64,000 nt of DNA from Callorhinchus milii (taxonomy: Eukaryota): NCBI RefSeq assembly GCF_018977255.1, contig NW_024704743.1, forward strand, positions 96,040,001 through 96,104,000. The letters are read 5' to 3'. The position numbers were made by a program, and so were the translations under genes. Within the stretch, counting starts at the first letter, position 1, and each line of letters starts with the position of its first letter. This document shows, piece after piece, positions 1 through 13,850 of the stretch. The notes beneath the pieces are model-generated. The model did no database searches and was not told the DNA's origin. It was given only the letters and a program-made list of their open reading frames with translations.

Positions 1-357
1 TCTGAGTTTCATATATCTGACACAAGACATTTAAAAGGGAACTACACTGTTGTTTTCTCTCTCTGTATGGTAATCAAACACTACCAGTTTGTACGATCCC
101 AACCCTGTCAACATTCTGTGCAATTAGATATATAAACTAAGTTATATCTGGAATTTAGAGATAACAGAACATTGACTCTCAAATTTTAAATGGAAAAATA
201 GTTACTCTTCTATACTGTCCTGTGTACAATTGAAAAAAAAGGAACATCACAATTAAGTCAACAAAGGAAAGCTTTGGAAATATGTAAAACACTCTAACCA
301 CCATAACTATAGCACACTGATTGGTATGGTAATTTAATTTACAAAAATATACATTAC

Positions 358-849
358 CCCAAGAGCTCTTTAGAATACCACTCAATGAGAGTAATGAGAC
401 TAGAAAGGTTCTTGTCTAGATGGAGCACATGGGCAACAGCACCTCTTCCTATTGGGTTGAAAGTAATTAGGTAAAGGCTATGAAGCGTACTGAGCACATC
501 CGCATGGTCCGTTTCTTCAATTGTTAAGCCTCGATTTAAGTACTCAAAGAGTTCAGAAACATACTGCAACGCTTGTAATGAATATAACAGCCATACAGAC
601 AATGTATCATCACTGACACAGTCAGCTTGGACACCCTCCTCTTGGTCTTGGTCGCAAGTCTGAGACAAGGCTCTAATCAGAAGGTTGGAAGCTTCGTGCT
701 CCGCACTGAGGAATAAAAGACCATTTTGTATCTGGATTAGGAACTTAATTAAGTCTTTGATGGCTTGTGACAGCCCAGGATGAGCACTGGTTGCTGGAAT
801 GGACAGTAGCAAGCTAAGTGATTCCAGAAAATGGCAACTGTTAAGGTAC
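358..849 (-). CDS. VIRMA: VIRMA coding exon 9 (492 nt); gene continues beyond the left edge of the window
   Basis: Translates (R)YLNSCHFLESLSLLLSIPATSAHPG...LYLITFNPIGRGAVAHV...YSKELLG, homologous to vertebrate VIRMA; ccacag acceptor, GG|gtaatg donor; phase 2/2 fits exon 8. Confidence 0.95.
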
Positions 850-1529
850 CTGTGGAAACAAAATTAAAGATATAAATTGCAAAGTTCACATGAATTTTTA
901 AGTATTTTTTCCACCCTTTGTGGTACGATGATTTTAGGATTTTCCTAGCTCATATTAGTCTATTCATTATGTCACTGTGTCACAAATACTTTTAGTAGGC
1001 CATTATTTTCATTTCAGTTTTGCAGTCATTAATAGAAATTATAATTCAATCACATTTTCTATTTCTATTTATTTGAAAATATATTAAACATTAGGCTGCA
1101 TTGCCAAGTTTCATTCAACATTCTTCATTAAATTAAAATACTGTTTTTAACACAGCAGTTGAATAACTTCTGTTTTAGTTTACTAACAATAATCATAACA
1201 ATTTAACCCGCTTATTACAGTTAACCTATACTACCTTTTTCTTAAGTTAAATACAATATTTTGCATGCTACCTCAATAAAAACATCAAGTTCACTCTTCA
1301 TGGGCCATGAATAATCACTGCATAAAGCAATAGTCAATACCATGCTAGACACATTTAGATTTTCTTATAATATGAATACAGAATAAATTCATTATAGCAC
1401 TATGAAGGGTGTTTACCAACAGTTTTCAATTTAAAAAGAACTTCATAACTCACATGGCGTGATCTAATATTTTACTTTGCACTGTATCAAGTGCTCTGGG
1501 ACACTACCCCGGGTGTAAGGCGCTATCAT

Positions 1530-1765
1530 TTCGCCCACAAATATACAGTCAATTCACGTTACAGTATATTCCGTGAAGTGCTTTGGGACGTCTAGAAGAC
1601 GTGAAAAGCGCTATATCAAATGCAAGGATTATTATTATTATTATCACATCTTCGAGACATCTCAGTGTTTCACAGAATATACTGTAAAGTGAATTGACTG
1701 CATATTTTGTGGGCAAAACGCAGCAGCCAATTGCGCACAGCAGTGTCCCACAAACAGTCATGGAT
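1530..1765. mobile_element. Two SINE 3' halves in tail-to-tail (inverted) orientation
   Basis: 1530-1643 matches the SINE tail at 20710-20820; 1643-1765 matches its reverse complement. Confidence 0.8.
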
Positions 1766-2110
1766 TAAGTAAATTATTATTAATTTTTTTAGGGATTTCA
1801 AATGCACACACATATTACTTATTCTACAATAAAGTAAAGATTACATTTCAGGAGGAGCTTTCAAACACACTGTACAAATCAAGAATAGGACAATTTAAAA
1901 TGGTTGGTACAGCAATAGAGGGTTGAGTTGGTACACTCAGCACAAGTATGCAGCTGATGGGCTTGCTTCGATTAACAGTTGACGAATTACAAGATGCTAA
2001 ATTCTGATAACATTGCGAAATATTTGACCCACAAAAAAACACAAGACTGCAGATACAACACAACGCTCAGAGTCATTTACATGCAAAGACTTTTTTTGAA
2101 AGAAAATTAC

Positions 2111-3257
2111 CTGAAAAGGACAGGCAAAGGATCATCCCTTTCTGGAGGCCCTGTGATACGAGCTGCTGTTGGAAATGACTTTACAGGAGGCTGAATCATT
2201 GTGTAAGGTGCAGTCTCCAGCAAGTGCAGGAGTTCATCGAGTATACTCATAAGTTTTTCCACATCACCTTCACTTATGTTAGAAGCTTCTAACAGATGGT
2301 CAAGATCCATCGGAGTCTCCAGATCTCCTTCTTCATGATCCTTACTTGCTTTCTCCCGCCCAGTGGTTACTGCATGCTCTGATTCATTTGCATTTAAAGA
2401 AGCAGGAGTACTCTCTGCTATGTGGGTGGCCAGCCTTTGCAAATCTGATAAGATCTCATAGAAATGACACTTCTGTACTATGGCACTACCAGCAGTCATT
2501 ACTCTCACAGTTTGGTCAGTCAATATAAACTCTACCAGTCTCTGATACCCGCTTTTTTCTTCTCCCACTGTCTTTGCTTTCAGAAATGTTGCCATTCCCT
2601 CTGTTACACTAATTATACTGTCCAAAGCTTTGAGGGTATTTAATTTTAATGAAGAGGACATATGTTCCGCAAACATCAGAACAAACAGTCTATCGAAAAT
2701 GCCTGCCTCTAAAAGCGCTGAAACTCCTTCAGACCCACATTCAGCCAAAGAGGAAACCAGTTTCGTCCCAGCTTTTAGCTGCCTGACATTCAGTGCTATT
2801 GGCTGCATTACAGCTGTCTGAAGGCTTAATGCATCCATGCTCCAATCTACAAGTGGTTTTAGATGATCCTGGTCCCTCTCAGTTAGTTGAAGGTAACTTA
2901 AACCTTTTACTAGCAAGCCTGGCACCTCTTCCAAAGCCATTACCCACTTGGCTCCTTTGTCATCTTTGTGCAGGTCAAGCAATTCCTTTAACTTTACTGC
3001 TGCATCTGTATTTCCTACACCTGCCTTTTCTGTGTCTGTATCCTTCAGTCTAGCTGCTTCATTCTCATATTTAGTCCTATAGGGGGGATTAAAGTACAAA
3101 AGAGGTCCTAGGTCTCTATCAAACGGGTCATATGCCATGGTAGGGACCGATGCTAGATCTTCAGCAGTATATTCAATGTCAAAGCTCAATTTGTAGTTTT
3201 CACGCCCCATATCTACAATTCCATCTTCATCACTGGATATCTGTTCATATCCATCAT
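2111..3257 (-). CDS. VIRMA: VIRMA coding exon 8 (1147 nt)
   Basis: DDGYEQISSDEDG...QPIALNVRQLKAGTKLVSSLAEC...ARITGPPERDDPLPVLFR; ttttgtag acceptor, AG|gtaatt donor. Confidence 0.97.
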
Positions 3258-3815
3258 CTACAAAATAAAAACATATACTCACTTGGATTTATTTAGGATC
3301 TCAATGTTCTGCAGCTTTTTTTTCCCAGACAAACTCTGGTGTATTTCCTTAACATAATGAGTTTGGTAGTAAGCTATTGAGTTTGCATTTAAGCCAATCA
3401 TCATTATTAAGGATACAAAATAGGCTGAATTCTACTCAAACGTATCTAAATGCAAGTGTTTTACCCCAAATAGGATATCTGAATCAGCATTATATTGTTC
3501 TAAACTACGTTCTCCTCCCCCGATCTGACGTGAAAGATTTAAGTGCTCCGAGACGCCGTCTGACGTGGAGGGCGCTATATAAATCCAAGTTGTTGTTGTT
3601 GTTGATTATCTATGATTCAGGTCCAAATTTTGTATCCATCTGTCACTTCCAAATTTGGCATAATTGTGATACATGGTTTTTACTCCTTAATTTACCACGA
3701 AAGTGACCGGTTTCATGTTCTCCAAAAGGAGTATTTTCAAACTTGAATCTTTCATTGGAAGGACTTTTCTTTAAAAATCTAGTTCTGTAAGTGTTACAAA
3801 CATGACTCTACATAC

Positions 3816-4076
3816 CGTCAACTTCTTCCCCAGCGTCCTCCTCTGCATCATCTTCCTCCTCATCAATGCTTCCCACTGTGTTTCCATCTTCATCTTCCTC
3901 TTCTATCTCTGAATCCTCATCTTCCTCCTCCCCCTCCTCTTCCTCCTCCACTGGCTGTTCTTCCTCTCCATCCCCATCAGAGAATGGCTCGTCTTGATGA
4001 TTGGAGGAACGATCTGGAGAAATGGGTTCAAAATAATCTTCTCTATGTTCACTTTCATCCACTTTATTGGCACTCA
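3816..4076 (-). CDS. VIRMA: VIRMA coding exon 7 (acidic region, 261 nt)
   Basis: HREDYFEPISPDR followed by a D/E-rich tract; tttcag acceptor, G|gtatgt donor; phase 1/1. Confidence 0.95.
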
Positions 4077-4641
4077 CTGAAATAACAAAATATTGGAATT
4101 ATTCATCGATTTTTTCATTTATTTCAAATCTCTCTATCTATGTCCACCCCCCCAGTACTGTACTGGAGTGTCAGCATCAACTAACGTTCAATTCCAAATG
4201 TCTGTCTCGGTCACCCTCTTGCCCTTTGTTTTTCTATCTCAGTTTCTAACACTATACTTAACTTTTAAGCATATAAATATTCATCTCGCTGTTGGTTCTG
4301 TCGTGCTAAAATCGTATACAAACCTAAACACAACTCTTTTTTCTCCCAAACACTGCAGCTCAAGTTTACTTTATATCGGCTTTTCTCACGCGTATATAGA
4401 GGTCTGCAATCCATTGATTGTAAGATGTACCCTGATTTTGGAGATAACTTTTATAATCAAGTAATTATGGTAATTTAAATCTCCTCCACAACTGCAGAAT
4501 AAATTAAGACTATAGAGTGGAATTGCATTAAACATATAAAAATATTCTAAATTAGTTGCCAAAGAGCCCAATCCTATTTAATGAAAAGGACAGTAGAACA
4601 TTAAATGTTATGGAATGGTGCATAGTAATCTACTAATTTAC

Positions 4642-4761
4642 CAATCTCAGTTAGTGTTTCCTCTTCATCGTCATCAGGTGGAGGGGGACCTGGGGGAGTT
4701 CGAGGCCCTCTTGGCTGTGGTCTTGGTGGGCTTCCATTGTATTGATCCTCTTTATCCCAAT
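4642..4761 (-). CDS. VIRMA: VIRMA coding exon 6 (120 nt)
   Basis: DWDKEDQYNGSPPRPQPRGPRTPPGPPPPDDDEEE; ctag acceptor (weak pyrimidine tract), G|gtaaat donor. Confidence 0.93.
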
Positions 4762-6676
4762 CTAGTAGTACACACATTTTTTTAAAACAAATAAACTATA
4801 AATTCTTGCAATCGCATATGAAGAATAATGACAGATTTTCAAAGACATCAAATTAATCGATGAGCTATTTAACAGACTAGCTACAAAACCTTTGTAAATA
4901 TAACAGTAGAAGTATTATGACTGGGCAATAATTTGAACCTCAGACAATCATCATTTGAAAAGAGACAATTAAAAAGGATAATACTCACCCTAGGCATCTT
5001 TCTTTGAGCCAAACTACATTCCACATACTATGCCTATTTCAACGCAATAATTACCAGATAGAATTTCCCTTCGTAGGCTAAACTCTTTCAGAACAAAGTA
5101 CAGTCACCTGCATTACATAGGAACAGGAGTAGGCCATTCAGCTCTTCCATCCTGTTCCGGCATTTAATTAGATCATGGCTGAGCTGTACATCAACTAATC
5201 CTTTAATTCCAATTTGCCACTTTCTCCCCATATCCCTTAATGCCCTGACCTGCCAAAAATGTATCAACCTCACTCTTGAAGGTGTGGATGGATCCAGTTA
5301 CCATAATAGTGCTCTCACGCCTTCTTATACAGAACAGAAGCCCTTCTGCATTCAGATTCTACAAAGATGGAAGAGTTAAAAAGTGGCTCAATACAGACAA
5401 GAATAGGATTTTGAAATGCACTGCCGAACTGTCATGGTCTCTATTTTGGTGTCAAAGTTTGCACCATAGTATAGGTAATATAGAAGCATAGAACCATAGA
5501 AATATACAGCATAGAAAAAGTTTAAAGAACAACGTTTTAAGTCCCATTTGTCTGCCTTTTCCCTATACCCTTGTAGTTTATTTTAGATTTCTATCTAGTT
5601 CCCTCTTGTACCCTGGGATAAGCCTAACTTGTTCAATGCGATTTCCTTTGTTTCCAGACTCTTACCTCGATCAAAACCATCTGCCTCTCTAATGTCAAAA
5701 CAATCTCAGCTCACAAGCTATGGTGAATGGCAAGTTATTTGTGTCTTTACTGGTCAAAAAAAACTACATGTAGGAAGCACATAAACATTTGCCATCTCCT
5801 GTTTGTCCTTTTTTTTCCAACACCCTTTGGATTGTTTAGGTTGACTATATTTGGGATGTGAGAGATGAATCAGCAAGTTATGCTTGGTCATAGCAAAGGT
5901 TGAGGCACGAGCACCAGCCTGATAATTCAAACCAAAAATGATGGCTTCAAAAAAGGAAAAGTCAAGAGTCGAAACATTCCATTTAGTTTGATAGAAAGTT
6001 GAAAAGTTATTAAGACTTATCCAGGCTGCAGAAGCAACAGGCATAAGCAGATGAATTTAGTGAGATGAGGGAGATGTATTTCAGCCAAAGCAAGTCAAAC
6101 TCATTTGAATCAATGTTCTGAGACGCAATACTGTGTGAAGGACACTATATCCCTGCAAGTCGTTGATGATGATTTAAGAGATCAGCAGGGACTTCAGAAT
6201 AAACACCAACATCCCCTTTGGAGTGGGAGCAAGAGAGGATAAGTAAAAATCACACTGTAATTTATATTTATATCTGCCATCCAAAAATCGTTATTTTCCT
6301 CCGATACTCTCCTGAAAGTGCTGGTTTATGCCATGATACAGTTTCTAATAATTTGGCCAAGTGGTATTCTTCACATGTAAGGTTGGGGAGAATGTCACAG
6401 TGGGTTATTCAATCAACGGGGCAATCCCAACTAAGTCCAATTCTTTTCCCAGCAGAAATCATGCAGGAATCTTTGGATAGAGATCCAGAATAACTTATTT
6501 TCTACTTTTCTAATCTGTAAATTCTAAGGCCAACTTTCTAACCTCTACACCAACTCATGGGTGAAATCTGAAACTTCTCTGGTCAATGCAACACAATTTG
6601 TGTATTTACCATAGTTTTAAAGCAGCAATATTGGCACCATTGTTTACTGGACAATGCCATGCAAATCACTTCTTAC

Positions 6677-6851
6677 CATGTTTGGAGTTTCGTTTAAGAG
6701 TCGTTTGTTGTTGCTGTTGCGGTGGAGGAGGAGGGGGAGGAGGTGGAGGAGGAGAATCACGGTCATGACTTATTACTCGGTCTACAGTTCCATAAACTGC
6801 CAGAGTCAGACAGTTGTACCAACCCCTCAGGACAATTCCATCTGTATTAAC
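6677..6851 (-). CDS. VIRMA: VIRMA coding exon 5 (175 nt, poly-Pro/Gln)
   Basis: VNTDGIVLRGWYNCLTLAVYGTVDRVISHDRDS then poly-P and poly-Q, TTLKRNSKH; tccag acceptor, G|gtaaga donor. Confidence 0.95.
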
Positions 6852-7149
6852 CTGGAGATAATCAACAGGAGAAAAATGAAAGCCAAATTGTGATGATCAC
6901 CTTGACCTTAGCATTGCCCAAGAGCAGTACTTTAAAGCAAAGGTAGGGAGAGTATTTCATGCCACAAAATCCATTATAGGACACCAGCTGCAAAACAAGC
7001 TGTGATTCCAATACTGACATCCCATGTTGTCTTCTTTGTTAAACTGTTGAGTCACCATAATAATTTGCGAAAAACATTTTGTCACCCATTAATGTCTATA
7101 CAATAAAAAGGACTCAATGAAACAGTAGACATTAACCAATTCTCAGTTC

Positions 7150-7530
7150 ACGGTCCTCCATGGTCTTGCTTCCCTCTACCTCTTCGACTTCATAACCCCA
7201 TATCAACCAGTCTGCTCTCTTTGCTAGGCGGACATCAGCCTGCTTCAGGTCCCCGCACTGCCCGCCCCACCATTGGCGGTCGGACATTCAGCATCTCTGC
7301 CCCCACCCCTTGGAACTTGATCCCGCAATCCCTCCACCTCTCTTGCCTCTTTCAAGTCCCGTATGAAGACCTTCCTCTTCGACCGTCCCTTCAGCCACAC
7401 CCCCACCCACCCTGCCCTCCACCCCTCCTGACCCCAACTGCCAGCTTGGTTCTGAAAACCCGACTGTCCGGCATCCTGTGATGTCTTTCTGATGTGAAGG
7501 GCGCTATACAAGTGTAATTTGTTGTTGTTC
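7150..7530 (+). mobile_element. L2-clade LINE 3' fragment
   Basis: RPTIGGRTFSISAPTPWN motif; aaggcgctatacaa..(gtt)n tail. Confidence 0.8.
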
Positions 7531-7884
7531 AGTTTTAAGAACTTTTGCAACTTCATCAAGTTTTCAGGAATCCAGTTTATGTAAATAAGTTTGTAATTAT
7601 TTTTATCCCGGCTTCACATTAGCTTTTCAGAAAGTGTATAGTGCTATTACTAGTAAGGGAGCTCTTTATATTTTGTCATTCGCGCAGAAACCCATCACTA
7701 TGCTTCAGAGAATCCAAACCAAACTTTCATACAGGTATTTCATCACAAATTACAATTTCCATTTACCATCCCTCAGCAACAAATTGCCTCTTACTAAAGC
7801 CACTCAGTAATTAAATGACAAGAGATGCGAAAAGCCACTCAACTTCACCTGTTCTGGCATTTCCCTCCCTAGCCTCCTGCTAGT

Positions 7885-8190
7885 GGAGTCCTATAGCTTA
7901 GTGATTCTAGCACTCGCATCGCAAGCAAGAGGACCTAGGTTCGATTCCCGGGCAGGGCGAACCGTTGGGCAAGTTTCCTTACTCCACACACTTCACGAAC
8001 AGTAAGTAGGAATCCAGTTGTTAGTCGATTGGCAGACAGCTTTGCTGGGGATACTAATTCCTTCAAAATATTTTTTTTTAAAGTAAAGTACACAGTCAAT
8101 ACACTTTACAGTACATTCTGTGAAGCGCTTTGAGACGTCACAACAATGTGAAAGGCTCTATGTTAAATGCAAGGATTAAAGGATTATTAT
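7885..8190 (+). mobile_element. tRNA-derived SINE (older copy)
   Basis: Head ggagtcctatagcttagtg...ggttcgattccc (A/B boxes), same body and aaatgcaaggatta tail as 20509-20820. Confidence 0.8.
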
Positions 8191-9067
8191 AGCCTGCTGA
8201 GATCAGAAAGACACCCTGTGGGAAAGTCAGATGATAAAACCTGTGATACCACTCAACTGTACAGCAAGCCAGCAAGCCAACCTCTTGTAACCCAAGGCAT
8301 CAAGGTTAAACTGAAGCATCCTTTACAATATCTCAGTTTTAAAAAAACAGACCGCAACATAAGGCTCATACTAAATGGGAAGATGGTAGCACATAGAATG
8401 AATGGGAAGACAAGAGATAAGATTAGAAAATAAATTCCCCAAATAAACAGATTAAGATGACATTGGGTGATAGAGATTTAACAATATTATATTTATCAAA
8501 AAGCTACAATGTTTGTCTATTTCATTTATAAGCATCCAATAAGGAACATGATCTTGAATGGTTATGCAAATACCATAACATGAACTTATTAAAACTAAGT
8601 ACGAGACAATATACACATCAAGAGGAAAAAAGCAAAGAAATAAAAAGCCACAAACACACAAGATTCAATCCAATTCTGTTTTATAAGAAATGCATTGATC
8701 TGCTGCAAAGTGGATGGACATTGGTTTCACTCTCATGGGGAATTTCCAACCTCAGTTTCACCATTGAGGATGCACTGAACATTGAAAATGGCATTCCCAG
8801 AGGCAAAGACTTTTTAAGAAAAAGGCAATGGGAGGACAAATTACCAACAGATGTAGCAGTTAATTCAACAGCATCACCAGCAAAGGCAGATCAGTTACCT
8901 GCCCCCTCAGCTGGGTAATGGTGCAGGGAACTTAAAGCAGAAAGAAAACAGATTTTTCTTTAAAAGAAAGGAAGGATGGAAGACAAAACTGCACAAAACT
9001 TTCAGGCTACAAAAATATAGAGCATGTTCAATGCGAAACACAGCTGAACCCTCAAATAAAAACTTAC

Positions 9068-9116
9068 CTTACTGTTTGGTCTAAAAATAATAGATGCATT
9101 TTCATCATAATCGAGG
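9068..9116 (-). CDS. VIRMA: VIRMA coding exon 4 (49 nt)
   Basis: (S)LDYDENASIIFRPNSK; cctcag acceptor, AAG|gtaagt donor. Confidence 0.93.
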
Positions 9117-9968
9117 CTGAGGGGAGGAAAAGAAAACATTTAAAGGAAAATTGTCAATTTTGTTTAAAAAAATCACGATACTAGTTTTACACAATGTCAA
9201 TAATTTTCACCTAGTGTATTACCATACCATCCAATTAGTTCCTTTCTTTCATGTATTTACTCTTATTCTGAAAATGTTCAGCCTGGACCATGGGTCAGAG
9301 TATTCTTTCGAAACTTGACAGATATTGTTTGCATTCAGTTAAAAGCTTCATATTCTTTATCCAGCTTGTTATTTGATTTTGTAAATGAGGCATGGTTAGA
9401 GAATGATGTTCCCATAATGTCTGAATAATAATAATCTTTGCATTTTATATAGCACATTTCACATCAGGCGGCTAGCTCAAAACACTTCAGATTTACTACA
9501 AGTATGGTAAATGTGTATTTTGAAGGGCCACAAACAGTCATGGCCAATTTTGTCTGAAGGACAAAAAAGTATTTGTAGATAAGCAAACCTGACAGCCAAT
9601 GTACACAGCAATGTCCCACAAAAAAACATAAAGTGAGTAACCTTTTTTTTCAAAATCTAAGTGAATGTGGGTCAGTAAATTGGGAGAAACTCCCTTCTTT
9701 TTTCAAATTGTCTCATTGGATTTTTAATGTTCATCTGAATAGGCAGACAAGCACAATTGAGCCAAAAACATTTAAATGTATAGTTGTCAGCAGGCCCATG
9801 GTACAGCATATGATTTCATTAACTTTCTCAATCCATAAGATTCTGCTCTCAGAATTCCAGTAGGACAAGAATTTGAAGTTTATACATTCAGTCTGAGTTT
9901 GCAAGATAGATAATGGAAATGTCCCTTTCAGTATCTGCCATCATGGCAGGAGTTTGACTGGGTCTTAC

Positions 9969-10055
9969 CTTCCTAGTCTGTCAAAGACTGGTGCACTTGG
10001 TTTGCTGACATTGTTAAAAAACAGGTCTAACTGAAATGCATGTGGTGAAGTCTCC
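9969..10055 (-). CDS. VIRMA: VIRMA coding exon 3 (87 nt)
   Basis: ETSPHAFQLDLFFNNVSKPSAPVFDRLG; gacag acceptor, AG|gtaaga donor. Confidence 0.95.
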
Positions 10056-10727
10056 CTGTCGACAGAAAGTCAAACAATAAAATGAGTCAGTTTGTACACA
10101 GGCTTGTACCATTACATTATCTGGATGCAAACTTTATATTACCCAAAGATGTAAAAGATGTCAAAGATGGTTGCCAATTACCAGTTTGTCACATGAGCCC
10201 ATCACCTCCACACTCACCCAGCTCCACTGGCTCCCCGTTGCCCAGTGGATCATCTTTAAGGTCCTCATCTTCACTTACAAATGCCTCCACAGTCTTGTAA
10301 CACTATCTCAGCAACTCCTGCGATCCTACACCCCAGTCACTCCTTCCAACTTCATGCTTCATGTCCCCACCTGCTCTGCTCCACAATCAGTGAACAAGCA
10401 TTCAAGTACTTCGCTCCAAACCTCTGAAACTCTTTCCCCAAATCCCTACATTCCACCCCCTTCCCCCTCCCCGCTTCTCTAATTTCAAATTTGGCTTAAA
10501 TATCTACCTTTCTGACTAAGCTTCCAACCACATTTTCCCCTAATCCTTCCTAGCTCTCTCCCAGCTCAAGCTTCAACTAAATCTAGGTAAAGCAGTTTGA
10601 AATAGATGTTTCCCCATAAAACAGGCACAATATAAGCCTACATTGTTGTTTTAGATATAAATTACATTAAGAGGCTCAGACTACATTAAAAAGAAACTGG
10701 AAAATATGCCTTTCTCCCCTCACGTAC

Positions 10728-10843
10728 CCATAAGCCCTGTTGTCAGGAAGACTATTGTGAGCTTTCACTCCTGGAGGAATTACACGAACTTCATTTATGT
10801 AAACCTGGTAGGGAAAACGAACCACGTCCACATGTGTGTTTTG
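10728..10843 (-). CDS. VIRMA: VIRMA coding exon 2 (116 nt)
   Basis: QNTHVDVVRFPYQVYINEVRVIPPGVKAHNSLPDNRAYG (virilizer N-terminal domain); ttgcag acceptor, GG|gtacgt donor. Confidence 0.95.
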
Positions 10844-11164
10844 CTGCAAAAGAAACACAGAAATAAAATAGTTAGGTGTGATTTATGAATCAACTGCATA
10901 ATTCCAGTCAAGTGCTCACATTTTCAAAGTTTCATATTTGAAGTTTAATGTTTATACAATCACACAATGGCCACATTCTGTTGTTTTCAAACAATTTGCT
11001 ATTGCTAATTGCTAAGGAAACCTTACTTCACCTTTGGCTACATTGATTGTACAGTATCCTCTGGAACAGTGAAATCAAAGTTGGATATATTTTTATTCAA
11101 ATGTTTTAGCAACACTTGCTGCAACAATTCTGTGCGTGTTCTCACTGCTCATTACTATTTCTGG

Positions 11165-11744
11165 GGGGTCAGCCGGGTGTCTGACATGCGGAAACCCACC
11201 ACCATGCTTAAAAGTATCCAAACCAAGCTGAGAATTCCATGCATCCCACCTATGCATGGAAATTCCAGAGATAGATCGTTGGAATGAAATGCGCACTCTC
11301 TCCCTGGAGGGACGCATCTAGCTTACCTAATTCCAGTGAGTATTAGGCGCAGGTTGGCATGAAATAAGACCCTGGGCACCCAGAGTGTGTGTTAGGGTAC
11401 TGCTGGAGTATAAGCAGCTAATATCCCATAGCTTGCCATTGAGAAGGCTGTCTGGCAAGCCTACCATTGCTTGTTCAGCTTGGGCTATCCTACTCCCATT
11501 AGGGCTTTGGCTTTCAGAGTTAAGAACTGAGTAGAAAGAATCCCTGCCTCCAGTGACTAGAATGCCCCAAGTCCTGCTGATAAGCAAGACTGCCATCACC
11601 AGTGCCTAGGAGTATTGTCCAGCTAGGGCCACGCTGCCTGACTCAGGAACTGAACTACCAAACTGATGCAGGCAATTGACTAGACTCTGAGAATCTGTTC
11701 CCAAACATGTCACCCTGGAGCGAGTTCAACTCCAAAGAGACCCC
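11165..11744 (+). mobile_element. Unclassified ~580-bp interspersed repeat, possibly a non-autonomous DNA transposon; related copies at ~32397-32582 (+), ~44570-45020 (+), ~60560-60724 (-)
   Basis: Shared ggtcagc.gggtgtctgaca.tgc.gaaaccca...tatccaaac...ctctccctggaggg; short GGGGTC...GACCCC termini; the 32.4-kb copy keeps both ends with an internal deletion. Confidence 0.55.
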
Positions 11745-13103
11745 ACCTACTTACTCCCAATAAGGATAATGTAAATATAAGCTTTAAGCATAAACTATAA
11801 ACTTAAGAGCAAGTCAGAACATTGCAAAAAATCAACTACAGTATCTACGGCAGAACATGGACTATAATATTTAAATAGAAACCTAAATTTGCCCAAAGCA
11901 TATGAAAGTCAAATAACGAAGAATTTAACCTTTTATTCCTCGCTTAAATTGTGCATACACATATTCTAATAATAATACTTTCATTTGGTATTGCGCCTTA
12001 TCACATCATCGAGACATCTCAAAGCGCTTCACAAGGTATCTTGTAAAGTGGATTGACTGTATTTTGTGGGCAAAATGTTTAAGTCAACAACAACAAATTA
12101 CATTTGTATATAGCCTTTCATGTCAGGAGGGCATAATTGTTATTAAATTGTAAAAACTATTACAGTAACTGAATACCCAATGGCTACCCATAATTGTTAT
12201 AAAAATATCAACCTCACAATAGCAACCTTCCCTTGGAGAGTTCCTGCAGTTATGTGCCTTTTAGACTTTTCCATTCAAACCATCCTATACAGCCTCAGTA
12301 TTTTTATTTATTATTCAAAGGCTACATGAAGAATCATGACCAAAATGCAAGACTCCACCAAGGTTAAAGAGAAAAGAAAACATGTTGTCATTAAGTCAAA
12401 CGTCCTAAGTATGTTTTTTTAATAGCTTGTCAACTGTAAGCGGAATTGTAGAGAATTCTGCAGTCTTAAAGCTCTGACAAAGAATGAGTGAAAGTAAGAG
12501 ATAACGTCATGCCTTTTGATTACAAAAAAAGTGAGGATGCACCTCTCTCCCCACCCACCCCACGTCAAATATCCTGCTGACATCTGCTGGAAATGTTCAT
12601 GTATGAGACAACAAAAGCATAAGGACATGATCTGATCTAGTTCAAATTAATTAATGTACAGCTAAGCAAGAAGAATTGGCACTTGGTGAGGTCCCAGAGA
12701 GATGCCAGTGAGTTCATCTAGCTATACAATTCTGAAAGTTGCATTTCTGAAAAACAATCGGTGCTATATAATTAATCTGAGTCAGGATAAAAATTGGTGC
12801 ACTAGAAATAAACTTACTGGCCTGCAATTAACCAGGATTCCCTATTCCTGTTCACTCTCCAGTGCTCCTGTTGAAATGTTTACATATTGACATTGGCTAC
12901 AATGTCTTTCGCTGCCATAGATTTTACCAACAATTATCTAAAGTCATAAATGAAAATGTCCAATTGAGTTAGGTACAGAAGGGTTGCCAGCAAAGTTGGC
13001 ATCTTTAGGAGAGAAGAGCAAAGAGGGAAAAAAATAGACACTGTGGATAAAAGCCGAAACTCAATTAGATTCCACACTTTACAATTCTCTCTGCAGCAAT
13101 CAT

Positions 13104-13850
13104 TATCCTTGTCCTCACCTTCAAGTCCCTCCACGGTCTTGTCCCCCCCTACCTCTGCGACCACAGTTCAAGATCTTCGTCCTCACCTTTAAGGCCATCC
13201 ATGGCCATCCCCTCCTACCTCTCTGACCTGCTAACTCCCTACCAACCTGCCCACTCCCTCCATTCATTGGGCTCCGGCCTGCTCCATGTCTCTCCCCGAC
13301 CCGCCCTACCATCGGTGGCCGGGCTTTCAGCCTTTCTGCCCCCACACTCTGGAACTCCATCCCACGGTCCCTTCGCCTCGCTATCTCCCTGGCCTCCTTC
13401 AAGGCCGGTCTCGAGACCCTTCTCTTCGAACGCGCCTTTGGTCTCCCTCCCACCTCTCTGCCTTCCCTCACCCCTCCCCCATGCTCGGACCCCAACACCT
13501 GACTGTTCAGCGCTTTGGGACGTCCTCCCGACGTAAAAGGATCTATAAATGTAATGTTGTTGTTGTTTGGCCTGCTCCATGTCCCCCACCCAGCCCATCC
13601 TACAATCAGCGGTCGGGCCTTCAGACTTTCTGCTCCCACCCTATGGAACTCCATCCCACATTCCATTCGCCTCGCTCCCTCCCATTGCCTCCTTCAAGGA
13701 GTGTCTCAAAACCTTCCTCTTCGACCAAGCCTTCTCCCTGCCCTCTACCCTTCCCGATCTCGACCTCCAGCTCAGGTCCTGACTGTCCAGTGCCTTGGAA
13801 CGTCCTTCCAACATGAAAAGGCGCTATACAAATGTAATTTTGTTGCTGTT
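13104..13850 (+). mobile_element. Tandem L2-clade LINE 3' fragments (two tails)
   Basis: FKILVLTFKAIHG...PSYLSDLLTPY; GRAFRLSAPTLWNSIP; (gtt)n tails at ~13555 and ~13845. Confidence 0.85.
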
